Source of the DNA: Bacteroidaceae bacterium
Lineage (GTDB): Bacteria > Bacteroidota > Bacteroidia > Bacteroidales > Muribaculaceae
Direction of reading: 5' to 3'
DNA: 64,000 nucleotides
Assembly (NCBI GenBank): GCA_963612465.1
Contig: CAVDUV010000006.1
Coordinates: forward strand, 36,732 to 100,731
The notes beneath the pieces were generated by a model. The model worked only from the letters and a program-made list of their open reading frames with translations, made no database searches and had not been told where the DNA came from. Positions 8,883-20,200 of the stretch are shown here, piece by piece (the first letter of the stretch is position 1; each line of letters opens with the position of its first letter). The translations under genes and the position numbers were made by a program.

Positions 8883-10553
8883 ATGAATAAGACATTAAAA
8901 AACGTTGCCCTTGCGGCCTTTGTGGTTCTTGTGGCCTCGCCAGTGGCCACCGGAGCGCTCAAGCGTGCCGACAATGCCGCAATAGTGCGCAACCTCGACA
9001 TATTCAACAGCCTCTATAAAGAGCTCAACACATTTTATGTGGACACCCTGAATCCGCAAAAGTCGATTGAGACAGCCATTAATGCGATGCTCGACGACAT
9101 CGACCCATATACCGAATACTATCCGGCCAAGAAGCAGGACGACTTGATGATGATTTCTACCGGCGAATATGGCGGAATAGGGTCTTACATCATGCTGGGA
9201 ACCGACAAGGCCGTCTATATCTCGGAGCCTTACGAGGGCAGTCCTGCGGCCAAGGCCGGGCTGCGCCCCGGAGACCGGATTGTGAAAATCAACGGCAAGA
9301 GCGTGAAGGGTTGGACCCAAGACAAAGTGAGCGAGAACCTCAAGGGCCAGGCCAACACCAGCCTGACGGTGACTGTGGTGCGCCCCTATTGCACCGACAG
9401 CGTGAAGACATTCAACATTGTGCGTGAAAAGATAAAGGTGAACCCTGTGCCATATTATGGCGTGGTGAGGGGCAACATAGGCTACATCAACCTGACTACA
9501 TTCAATGAGCAGAGCGCCGAGGCTGTGAAAAAGGCTCTGCTGGAATTCAAGAAAAACCCTCAGGTGAAATATCTGGCACTCGACCTCCGCGGCAATGGTG
9601 GCGGACTGCTTGAGAGTGCCGTGCAAATCGTGGGCTACTTTGTGCCCAAGGGTACTATGGTGCTCAAGCAGAAAGGCCGGCTCAAGCAGAGCGAGAAAAT
9701 CTACAAGACCACCGAAGAACCCATAGTTCCCGATATGCCGCTGGCTGTGCTTATCGACGGCGGATCGGCATCGTCGAGCGAAATCACGGCCGGCTCGCTG
9801 CAAGACCTCGACCGTGCGGTAATCTTGGGCTCGCGGTCGTTTGGCAAAGGCTTGGTGCAGACCACCCGCCAGCTGCCTTTCGACGGACTGCTCAAGGTGA
9901 CCATTGCAAAATACTACATTCCGAGCGGACGCCTGATTCAGGAAATCGACTATAGCCACCGCAACGCCGACGGCACGTTCAAAAAAGTGCCCGACAGCCT
10001 CACCAACGTGTTTACCACTGCCCACGGCCGCAAGGTGCGCGATGGCGGTGGCATCACACCCGATATAAAAATCAACTATCCCGAGGTGAACCGGCTTGTG
10101 TATAACGTGGTGCGTGACCATTGGGCTTTCAACTATGCAACCAAATATGCATCGACTCATGCTTCGGTGCCCTCGCCTGCAAAATTTGAGGTTACCGACT
10201 CGATGTTTGCCGACTTCAAGCGTTTTGTCGACCCCAAGAAATTCAATTACGACAAGGTGTGTGAGGAAGGCGTGGCCAATTTGAAGAAAGTGGCTAAGAC
10301 TGAGGGGTATATGAACGACAGCACAGCGGCTGTGTTTGCCCAGCTTGAGAAGCTGCTCAAGCACGACTTGGGCCACGACCTCGACGTGAACAGGAAGCAA
10401 CTCAGCGGCATTATCGCCGACGAGATAATGAAGCGCTATTATTACCAGCGTGGCCAGATAGAGAACACGCTGAACAACGATGAGGCCATCGACAAGGCCG
10501 AGGCGATGTTTATGAAGCCCGGAGAATACAAGCGCATGCTGAACTTGAACTGA
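8883..10553 (+). CDS. S41 family C-terminal processing peptidase (PDZ domain)
   Basis: Signal peptide from the ATG at 8883. PDZ region GLRPGDRIVKINGKSV. S41 core LDLRGNGGGLL and SASSSEI. Confidence 0.85.
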   Translation: MNKTLKNVALAAFVVLVASPVATGALKRADNAAIVRNLDIFNSLYKELNTFYVDTLNPQKSIETAINAMLDDIDPYTEYYPAKKQDDLMMISTGEYGGIGSYIMLGTDKAVYISEPYEGSPAAKAGLRPGDRIVKINGKSVKGWTQDKVSENLKGQANTSLTVTVVRPYCTDSVKTFNIVREKIKVNPVPYYGVVRGNIGYINLTTFNEQSAEAVKKALLEFKKNPQVKYLALDLRGNGGGLLESAVQIVGYFVPKGTMVLKQKGRLKQSEKIYKTTEEPIVPDMPLAVLIDGGSASSSEITAGSLQDLDRAVILGSRSFGKGLVQTTRQLPFDGLLKVTIAKYYIPSGRLIQEIDYSHRNADGTFKKVPDSLTNVFTTAHGRKVRDGGGITPDIKINYPEVNRLVYNVVRDHWAFNYATKYASTHASVPSPAKFEVTDSMFADFKRFVDPKKFNYDKVCEEGVANLKKVAKTEGYMNDSTAAVFAQLEKLLKHDLGHDLDVNRKQLSGIIADEIMKRYYYQRGQIENTLNNDEAIDKAEAMFMKPGEYKRMLNLN

Positions 10554-10595
10554 CGTTAATAAAAAAGACAAGCTACATAATAACCGGAAATCGAC

Positions 10596-13500
10596 ATGGC
10601 TACCACACTTGGTGACTTTATGGAGATAGGGGCGTTGTGCGACTTGCTAAACAGCAAGGCACACACCAAGGCTCTTGCCCGCATGGTGGGCAACGAAAGC
10701 AACCGTGTGATGAGTATCGACGGCTTGGCCGGATCGGCTGCCGCAATGCTCATTTCGAGGCTGCCGGCCCTTGACACACCTTATTTGGTGGTGGCCAATG
10801 ACCTCGACGATGCCGGCTACATCTACAACGACCTGTGCCAAATCAACGGCGAGGCACACGTGCTCATATTCCCGTCGGGCTACAAACGCGACATTAAATA
10901 TGGCCAGATTGACGCCCCGCAAGAGATTTTGCGCACCGAGGTGCTCAACCAGTGGCACTCCAATGCGACTCTGCGCTGGGTGGTTACCTATCCCGAAGCC
11001 CTTGCCGAGAAAGTGGCCGACCGCGACACGGTGGAGAACAACACCCTTAATTTGTCGCGCGGCGGAACGGCCGACCTTACCGAGACTGTGTGCCGGCTCC
11101 GCGAACTGGGGTTCAGCGAAGTGGACTATGTGTACGAGCCGGGCCAGTTTGCCGTGCGTGGCTCAATACTCGACGTCTACTCGTTCAGCAACGAGTTGCC
11201 CTACCGCATCGACTTCTTTGGCGACGACATCGACAGCATGCGCACTTTCAACGTCGAGACCCAGTTAAGCGACGCTCAAGTCGACTCGGTGAGCATCGTT
11301 GGCTGTCATGGCAGTGAGGCCGATGCCGGCACATCGCTTCTGCAGTTTGTGGGGGACGACACGGTGCTTGTGTGCCGCGACGTGCAGTGGCTCAGGCAGC
11401 GGGTGAAGGCAATAGGTGAAGAGCAGATGTCGGCCAATGCGCTGATTGCGGGCGACACCGACACCGACGCCCTTGGCAAGGTGGTCGATTTTGCCGCGTT
11501 TGATGCCGCACTGGGCGCAATGCGCCGCATCGACATCTACAACGGCAAGAGCGGTGGCAAGGCTGATGCGGCTTTGCACATGCATTGCTCGCCACAAGGA
11601 ATTTACCATAAGAATTTCGATTTGATAAGCGAGTCGTTCGGCGGATTCCTGAGCCAGGGCTACCGCATTGTGATATTGAGCGACAGCGCAAAACAGATAG
11701 AGCGTTTGCGCATGATATTCAACGACCGCAACGACGACATAGCCTTCACACCGGTGCTCAGCACGGTGCACGAGGGATTTGTGGACGACGACTGCCGCCT
11801 GTGTGTGTTTACCGACCACCAGATTTTTGACCGTTTCCACAAATACAACCTTAAGAGCGACAAGGCGCGGTCGGGTAAGTTGGCCCTGTCGCTCAAAGAG
11901 CTGAATCAAATTGAGGTGGGCGACTACATTGTGCACGAAGACCACGGCATAGGCAAGTTTGGCGGCTTGGTGCGCACTGCAATCAACGGCTCTCCGCAGG
12001 AAATGATAAAGCTCGTCTATCTCAACGGCGACATAATCTTTGTGTCGATACACGCCCTTCACAAGTTGTCGAAATACCGTGGCAAGGAGGGACTTGAGCC
12101 GCGCTTGAGCAAACTCGGCTCAGGGGCGTGGGGCAAACTCAAAAGCCGCACAAAGAGCAAACTCAAAGATATCGCCCGCGACCTCATAAAGCTGTATGCC
12201 CAGCGCCGCAATGAGCGCGGCCACGCCTATCAGCCCGACGGCTACATGCAACACGAGCTAGAGGCGTCGTTTATCTACGAGGATACCCCCGACCAGCTTA
12301 AAGCCACACAAGCCGTGAAGGCCGATATGGAAAAAGACAAGCCCATGGACCGCCTGATATGCGGCGACGTGGGTTTCGGAAAGACCGAAATAGCCATTAG
12401 AGCAGCGTTTAAGGCTGCCACCGACGGTAAGCAGGTGGCAGTGCTTGTGCCCACCACCGTGCTCGCCTTCCAGCACTACAACACCTTCACCGAGCGACTT
12501 AAGGACTTTCCGGTGAGGGTTGATTACCTGACGCGCGCCCGCAAGCCCAAAGAAGTGCGGCAGATGCTTGCCGATCTTGCCGACGGCAAAATCGACATAA
12601 TCATAGGTACGCACAAGCTCATAGGCAAGACGGTGAAATTTCACGACTTGGGCCTGCTCATAATCGACGAGGAGCAGAAATTCGGCGTGGGCGTCAAGGA
12701 GAAACTGAAGCAGCTCAAGGTGAACGTCGACACGCTCACCATGTCGGCCACGCCAATACCGCGCACCTTGCAGTTCTCGCTCATGGGTGCCCGCGACCTT
12801 AGTGCAATCACCACCCCTCCGGCTAACCGTTATCCCATTCTCACATCGCTCAACTCGCTTAACGACGAGGTGGTGGCCGAGGCCATCAATTTCGAGCTGT
12901 CGCGCAACGGCCAGGTGTTTTTCGTCAACAACCGCATCGACCTGCTGCCCACGCTCCAAAACATGATTAAGCGCGTGGTGCCCGATGCCCGTGTGGTGGT
13001 AGGGCACGGCCAGTTGCCCCCCGAAGAGCTTGAGCGGCGCATCATCGATTTCTCCAACCATGACTATGATGTGCTCCTTGCCACCACCATTATAGAAAGT
13101 GGCATCGACATGCCCAACGTGAACACCATTATCATCAATAATGCGCAAAACTATGGCTTGAGCGACTTGCATCAGTTGCGAGGCCGCGTGGGGCGCTCGA
13201 GCCGCAAGGCATTCTGCTATCTGCTTGTGCCCCCTGGCGCCCCCCTCACCCCGGTGGCCCGCCGACGCCTGCAGGCTATTGAGAGTTTCAGTGACCTTGG
13301 CAGCGGAATCCAGATAGCGATGCAAGACCTCGACATACGCGGTGCCGGCAATCTGCTTGGTGCCGAGCAGAGCGGCTTTATCGCCGATTTGGGCTACGAA
13401 ACTTATCAGAAGGTGCTCAAGGAGGCCGTGCTTGAGCTGAAGACCGAAGAATTTGCCGACACTTTCGAGCAGCATGCCGACGGGCAACAGGATGCCGATG

Positions 13501-13982
13501 GGGCAGAGCCTGATTATGTGACCGACTGCACAATCGACACCGACCTCGAGCTTATGTTTCCCGCCACCTATGTGCCGCAGGAAAACGAGCGCATATCGCT
13601 CTATCGTGAGCTTGATGCCATGGAAACAGACGACCAGGTGGCTGAATTTGAGGACCGCCTGCGTGACCGTTTCGGCGAAATTCCCGAAATGGGCCGCGAA
13701 CTCATTCGCATAGTGCCGTTGCGCCGGCTTGCACGCCGGTTGGGCATCGAGAAGATAGCCCTGATGCAAGGCCGCATGTATGTGTACTTTGTGGGAAAAG
13801 AAAATGTGGCATATTATCAGTCTCCCGCATTTGGGCGAATACTGCAGTATGTGCAGATGAATCCTCGCCGGTGCAACTTCCGCAACGTCAATGGTCGCAA
13901 TTCCATCCTCATTTCGGGTGTGAGCCGCGTGGAAGAGGCTCTTGAGATATTGCGGACAGCCATCAAGTTGCCGTCGGCTTGA
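10596..13982 (+). CDS. mfd: transcription-repair coupling factor
   Basis: 1128 aa. CarD-like IVHEDHGIGKF. Helicase motifs GDVGFGKTE, DEEQKFG, MSATPIPRT, LHQLRGRVGRS. TRG/D7 C-terminal region. Confidence 0.95.
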   Translation: MATTLGDFMEIGALCDLLNSKAHTKALARMVGNESNRVMSIDGLAGSAAAMLISRLPALDTPYLVVANDLDDAGYIYNDLCQINGEAHVLIFPSGYKRDIKYGQIDAPQEILRTEVLNQWHSNATLRWVVTYPEALAEKVADRDTVENNTLNLSRGGTADLTETVCRLRELGFSEVDYVYEPGQFAVRGSILDVYSFSNELPYRIDFFGDDIDSMRTFNVETQLSDAQVDSVSIVGCHGSEADAGTSLLQFVGDDTVLVCRDVQWLRQRVKAIGEEQMSANALIAGDTDTDALGKVVDFAAFDAALGAMRRIDIYNGKSGGKADAALHMHCSPQGIYHKNFDLISESFGGFLSQGYRIVILSDSAKQIERLRMIFNDRNDDIAFTPVLSTVHEGFVDDDCRLCVFTDHQIFDRFHKYNLKSDKARSGKLALSLKELNQIEVGDYIVHEDHGIGKFGGLVRTAINGSPQEMIKLVYLNGDIIFVSIHALHKLSKYRGKEGLEPRLSKLGSGAWGKLKSRTKSKLKDIARDLIKLYAQRRNERGHAYQPDGYMQHELEASFIYEDTPDQLKATQAVKADMEKDKPMDRLICGDVGFGKTEIAIRAAFKAATDGKQVAVLVPTTVLAFQHYNTFTERLKDFPVRVDYLTRARKPKEVRQMLADLADGKIDIIIGTHKLIGKTVKFHDLGLLIIDEEQKFGVGVKEKLKQLKVNVDTLTMSATPIPRTLQFSLMGARDLSAITTPPANRYPILTSLNSLNDEVVAEAINFELSRNGQVFFVNNRIDLLPTLQNMIKRVVPDARVVVGHGQLPPEELERRIIDFSNHDYDVLLATTIIESGIDMPNVNTIIINNAQNYGLSDLHQLRGRVGRSSRKAFCYLLVPPGAPLTPVARRRLQAIESFSDLGSGIQIAMQDLDIRGAGNLLGAEQSGFIADLGYETYQKVLKEAVLELKTEEFADTFEQHADGQQDADGAEPDYVTDCTIDTDLELMFPATYVPQENERISLYRELDAMETDDQVAEFEDRLRDRFGEIPEMGRELIRIVPLRRLARRLGIEKIALMQGRMYVYFVGKENVAYYQSPAFGRILQYVQMNPRRCNFRNVNGRNSILISGVSRVEEALEILRTAIKLPSA

Positions 13983-14046
13983 TTTTAATTTCATGTCCTA
14001 TGTGCCGCTATGGCGGTAATCGTATTAAAATGTGTAGTGAAAAACT

Positions 14047-14076
14047 GAAAGCACAATTCTGTGTTGTGCTTTATTG
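14047..14076 (+). terminator. hairpin terminator after mfd
   Basis: gaaagcacaa / ttgtgcttt stem followed by a T-rich tail. Confidence 0.6.
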
Positions 14077-14159
14077 AAAATATGCGGCTTTTATTGGAAC
14101 TTTGTTACAAATAATTGCACATTTAGTGCAAAATAATAGCATAAACTGAAAAAAATAAT

Positions 14160-14167
14160 TAATTTTG
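14160..14167 (+). promoter_or_regulatory. candidate Bacteroides-type -7 box (TAnnTTTG)
   Basis: TAATTTTG lies 70 nt upstream of the 14237 ATG in an AT-rich spacer. Motif match only. Confidence 0.3.
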
Positions 14168-14236
14168 CCGTCATCAAGACTTGCTTTGGGTTGTAAAGTC
14201 TAATTATTTTTATTCATTTTCTAAACATTTTTCATT

Positions 14237-17200
14237 ATGCGTAAATTTACACTTATGCTTTTATGCGCCTTTATGGCGGTATTAGCATGCTCTGCTACGC
14301 AGTCACGCGACGAGTTCACCTTCACCAAGGTGCCCGTGGCAAGTGGCGTTGCGGCAGAGACAGCGACGCGCATCAGTGCCACCCAGCTGGCAAGCGGCAG
14401 TGTCTACACTGACGGCAGCCTCAGCTCTAAGGCACGTGTCGTGTCGGCTGCGCGTAAATCGCCGAAGGCCAAGGTCGCAATCGACGACTTTGCCGGCTCT
14501 CGCTACGTGATTTCCCATGCCACAACAGGTGTGGTCACGGCGCGTGAGGCCACAGTGACAAAGGTTGGCACCGACAGCCTTTCGATCAGCGGTTTCGTGT
14601 ACAGCGATGTAACTGTGGGCGCAAAAGTGGATGTGGCTACCGGCAAGGTGACCATTTATCCGCAATATGTGGCCACGGTGCAAGGTTATTCAGTATGGAT
14701 TTGTAGTGTGGATCAAGACAAGAACGTCTACAGCACTACCGACCCCATTGAAGGAACAATTGATGAAAGCGGCGCTCTGCATCTGGAGACCGCTTTCGGT
14801 TTTTTTGTGACTTCGGGTGACAGAAAAGGCGCCTATCTCACTATAGGCATTCAGAACTATGCCGATGTGGCAAAAGTCAACGGCCGCGTCACCACACAGG
14901 TCATCAAATATGATGGTTACTTTTCGACCAAGCGCCGCTCAGTCACTCCAGTCACCGACTGGGTGTATGTGCGCCAGACAGCAGCCGACAAGCTGCGCAT
15001 AACCCACTTGTCGAGCGACAAGGGCTACTTCGACTTCGATGCCAAGCTCAACTACGACAAGACCCTCAGCATCGACCCGCAGACTCTGCTCTCTATAGCA
15101 TATTCGGGCTCGTTCTGCTGCTACAAGTTTACCGAGACAGTGCAAGACACCACCGTTACAATCTCAGCTCAAATTCTGAGTCCCATTACCGGAACACTCA
15201 CACAAGACGGCGACTCGGCCAAGATTGCGCTGGGCAAGTGGATGGTGGGCAGCACCTCTGGCGGTGTGCTCAACCTGTTTGAGAGCAGTGCCTTCAGCAC
15301 TTCGGCCTCAATCGTGTTCCCCGAGAAGCCTCAAGCCAACTTCGAGGGCTCGGGTACTGAAGCCGACCCCTATCTGATTAAGACTGCGGCCGACCTCAAG
15401 GCCCTCTCTGTGACAGTCAATACCGACGCCTCTAAGCGCGGAAGCATCAAGACTGATGTTCAAGGCAATCAGTACTATCCGGTATATGCCGGCACCTACT
15501 TTGCTCTTGCCGCCGATATCGACATGGGCAGCTTCAAGGAGACCTTCGACCCCATTGGCACATCGGTAATCCGCTTTGCCGGTACGCTTGACGGTCGCGG
15601 CCATACAATCAAGAAACTCCAGTTTATCGACTACGCTTACGACTATGTGGGTCTCTTCGGAGCCACCGCACCCGAGGCTACCGTCAAGAACCTGCGCTTC
15701 AGCCAGCCCAAAATCACAACAGTGGGCTACAACGTAGGTGTGCTTGCCGGCCGTAACTTCGGTACTGTCGACGGTGTTACTGTCGACACCGCAACTGTAA
15801 GCACCAGCGGCTACAACGTGGGTCTTATCGGCGGTTACAACTTCGGTACAATATCTAATGTAAAAGTTCACAAAGCCTCTATTGCAGCCCTTGGCTACGT
15901 GGGTGGCGTGGCTGGATTCTGCTACGGCAACGTGCTGTCGTCGAGTGTTGAGGGTGCTACCATCCAACTCCTCTACAAGCAGCAGTTTGTCGGCGGTATT
16001 GTGGGCTACATTAGCCGTATCAAGGGCCAAGCCAACAGCAAGCTGCTCGATTGCTCGTTCTCAGGAACCATCTATTCGTCGGCTTCTGAGATTTGCATGG
16101 GTGGTATTGCAGGTGAGGCAGCCTACACCGAGATTGCCCGTTGCTACACTGCCGGACGCATACTCAGCGGTTCAAGCGTGCAAAACTACATAGCCGGCCT
16201 TGTGGGTGCAGCATGGGTGTGCGACATCCACGACTGCTACGCAACCGGTGTGGTCTACAACGAGAACAGCGCATATGCAGCCGGTCTCGTCAGCGAAGAC
16301 CCTGAAACCAGCGATGAATACGGCGGCACCACCATCACCAACTGCTATGCAGCCGTGCAGCTCACCACCGCTTCTACCGACTCTATTGCCGGCCTCGTGG
16401 GTAAGCCTAAATACATCACTGTAAAGAACAGCTACTTCGATGCCCAGCTGGCCAACATCAACCACTCTGAATGGGGCAAGAGCACTGCCGAGCTCACTTC
16501 GGCAGCCGGCATCTCGGGCTTCGACGCCAGCGTTTGGAATTTCACCGAGGGCCTGTATCCCCGCATCAAGGCAACCGACACAACCGATGTGGCTGTGGTT
16601 TCGGCTTCGCCCATTATCTTGGCTTCGGCCGACAACGTGAAACTCGTGAAGAGCGACTTCACTTACAACTCTGCGGCTAGCAACGTCAAGTGGCGTGCCG
16701 TGCAAAATGGCTCTTACAGCACCGAGGGCGGACACGCCTTTACGTTCAACAACGGCGTGGGTAAGCTCAACTATCAGCAGTATACCGATACCGTTGAGGT
16801 TTCGTGCAACAATGCATTCAAGCTCTACTTCGTCAATATAGCTCCGATGCCATTCAAGGGCGACGGCTCGGCCGAGAACCCATGGGAAATCGGCACACGC
16901 GAGGAGCTGAATCAACTGATCAGCATCTCTAACAATGCTACGCTCACGTTCAACGGCAAGTATATCAAGCAAACCGCCAACATCGACATGCAGGGCGACA
17001 CTATCCAGCCTATCGACAACGACAACAGCGGCAAGCTCCACTTCCTGGGAACCTACGACGGTCAGAAATACACCATCGACAACTTCGTGCTGAGCACAGC
17101 TGGCTTCCATGCCGAGGGCAACTCTTCGGGCAAGCCGGCAGGTGAGTTCAATCCGCGCGACGACCGCAGCACATACTATGGCGGTCTGTTTGGCACAGTG

Positions 17201-20200
17201 GGTGCCACTGGCGTGGTTAAGAATGTGACAGTGGGCAGCAAAGCCGTTTATCAACTCTTCTGCTACGGCGGCGCTATTGCCGGTCAGTGCTATGGCCGCA
17301 TTGAGGGCTGCTCTAACTTCGGTACTGTATACACCTACTATTCTCGCTCTGGCGGTATCGTAGGTCAGCTCAACAAGGACGGCGTGGTCAGCGGCTGCTA
17401 CAATGCTGGTAGCGTCTATGTAGACAACAACCAGGCTGGCGGTATTGCCGGCTATGCAGCTCAAGCAACCATCGAAAACTGCCAGAACGCAGGTGAGGTG
17501 GGTGCCGTATACTTCAACTCTTACCAAAAGGAAGGCGTGCAGGCTAAGGCCGGCGGTATCGTTGGTGAAGATTCGAAGTGTGTGATCAAGAATGTGCTCA
17601 ACACCGGTCATGTGGAAACCTACAAGCAGGTGGGCGGTATCAGTGGTGTCACTTCAAGCTCTACATTCACCAATGCAGTGAACTATGGTACTGTGGTTGT
17701 GAAGACCGACAAGTCTACTTCAGGCCACATCGCAGGTGCCAACACAAGCTCTACATTCGAGAATTCATATTATGCAAGCCAGCTGTCGAAACTGGGTGCC
17801 GTGGCTAACGGCAACCACGACGGTGTTGAGGGTGAGACCACAACAAATCTCGCCTCGGGCAGCATCAAGACTCTCTCCGACTCGATATGGACACAGAAGG
17901 CAGGCTGTTATCCCACTCTTGCCGCCACCAGCAATTGGCCTGAGGCTCAACTTGCATCAAAGGCAACTGTGTTCTTCGCCGATGGCAACTATGCAAGCTC
18001 TGTCTTGACTCCCGCCACTCTGGGTAACACCCAAGAGCTGACTTGGTCGGTTAAGACCGGAAAGGCATTCGCTGTTACCGACGGCAAACTTGTGCCCACA
18101 GTGCCCGCATCGGGCGCCGAAGCCGACACTCTGGTTGCTGTCTTTGGCAACTACAAGCGTTACTTGCCCATCGTCACACTCAATGCAGCAATCCTCGAAG
18201 GCAGCGGCACAGCCGAGGCTCCTTACCTCATCAAGACTGTGGCTGACTACAACACTCTGGCCGACTTCGTGAAGTCGACCGGACACGACTACGAGGGCAG
18301 CTACTTCAAGGTGGTCAACGACCTCGATTTCAAGGATGTTGCATTCCAGCCTATTGCCGACGGTCCTAACGGATTTGCAGCCGACTTCAACGGCAACGGC
18401 AAGACGTTCAGCAACATCAGCTACGACACAAGCACCGACAACGGAACTACGGCTCATGCCGTGTTTGGTACCGTGCTTGCCGCAGGTTCTGTGCACGACC
18501 TTACCATCGACGAGTCTTGCAAGTTCGGTTCTTACACCTATCCTGCAGCATTCGTATCGTCGCTTTACGGTAAGCTCTACAACCTCACCAACAAGGCCGC
18601 TGTGGCCGCAGGCAACTACTATGCCGGCGGTATTGCCAGCTTGGCCAATGCTGGTGCGTCAATCAAGAATTGCGCCAACTATGGCGACATCACAGCTAAG
18701 TATGGCTATGCCGGTGGTATCTTCGCCGTCAGCGTTGCCGGCTCTGCTATCCAGGTCGACAGCTGCGTCAACGAGGGCTTAATCTCGTCGGCAAGCTATA
18801 TGGGCGGTATCGCCGCACAGGCATCGGCCAATGTGAATGCAAGCGTCAACCGTGGCGCAATCGCAGCTACTGCCAAATATGCAGGCGGTATGCTTGGTGT
18901 GGCTCTCGCTCCGTCGAGCGCAACCTACTGCCACAACGAGGCCGACATTCTCGCTGTTGAGGATGCTGGCGGTATCTTCGGTCAGGTGGCTGCACACAGC
19001 GCTCCCTACCGCTGCACTATCGACAGCTGCTACAACACTGGCGCAATCACTGCCGCCACAAGCTCTAAGAAAAAGTCGTACTACATGGGCGGTATCGTGG
19101 GCTACGCTACCCGCGGCATCACCGTCAACAAGTGCTACAACATTGGCGAGGTGAAGGCTGAGTCGAGCGACATCATCCTCTACACTGCCGGTGGCATTGT
19201 GGGTTCGAGCAGCGCAACCAGCGCAGGCTACAACTATTTCACCGACTGCTGGAATTCAGCCAACGTGAGTGCATATAACAACGTGGGCGGTATTGGCGGC
19301 GCAATCAGCGGCGACACCACCGCAATAATTGTGCGCTGCTACAACTTGGGCAATATCTCAAGCAACAGCCCCACAGTCTCTAACGCCGGCGGTATTGTGG
19401 GTAATGGCGGATATGAAATCAGCGACAGTTACAATGCAGGTAACGTGACCGGTACTGGCTATCAGATTGGCGGTATCGCAGGTTACCTCACTGGTCACCC
19501 CTACGACTTCCACAATGTGGCCAATTATGGCACGGTGACCGGTACCACTACCAAGTCGACTAAGATCGGCGGTATCGTTGGTATGGGTCGTGTGGACATG
19601 AAGGATTGCTACAACTTTGGCGAAGTGAGTGGCTACGACGCAGTGGCCGGTATCGTGGGTTATCCCGGCAATGCGCTTGCCGAAAGCTACTACACCTATA
19701 TCACCCGCACCTATAATGTAGGTAAGGTGACTGCCACCAATGGCGCAGCAGGAAACATCACCACACTCAACAGCAACTGTAAGTATTATTCTTGCGACTC
19801 GGTTTATTTCGACAGCAGTGTCAACGAGGCTGGTAGCTACGACACCCAAAACGGTGTCAAGGGTATCACCAAGCGTGAGTTTGTCGACCTGAAGATAAGC
19901 GATGCCTTCGAAAATGCCGAGGCCACCTATCCTTCGCTCAAGGTGTTCAAGAACAATGACTACAACAGCTTTGCAGTGGCAATGCTCCTGCTTGCCGACG
20001 GCGAGAAGACCGACAGCGTGACACACAACTTCAAGGTGGGTACTCCCGCAGGTGCTGTGTGGACAGCTTCATCTAACCTTGTGATTGATGGCAACGACGT
20101 GAAACTGGCCAACAAGACCAATGGCGAGAGCGCAACCATCACCCTCACTGTGGGCGACTTCAGCCGCACTTATGAGCTCACGCTCTACTATCCTTCTGGC

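Noticed and set aside
8895-10571. 558-aa ORF on the minus strand across the S41 peptidase gene. Similar long antisense ORFs occur at 11265..12062, 12258..13994, 16172..17611, 26972..28042, 28949..29707, 39652..40479, 44329..45318 and 52085..53002.
   Set aside because: These are mirror-frame ORFs inside G+C-rich genes. The sense strands carry unambiguous family motifs (S41, Mfd, SSF, NadB and others). The translations are H/R/V/A-rich and have no recognisable domains.
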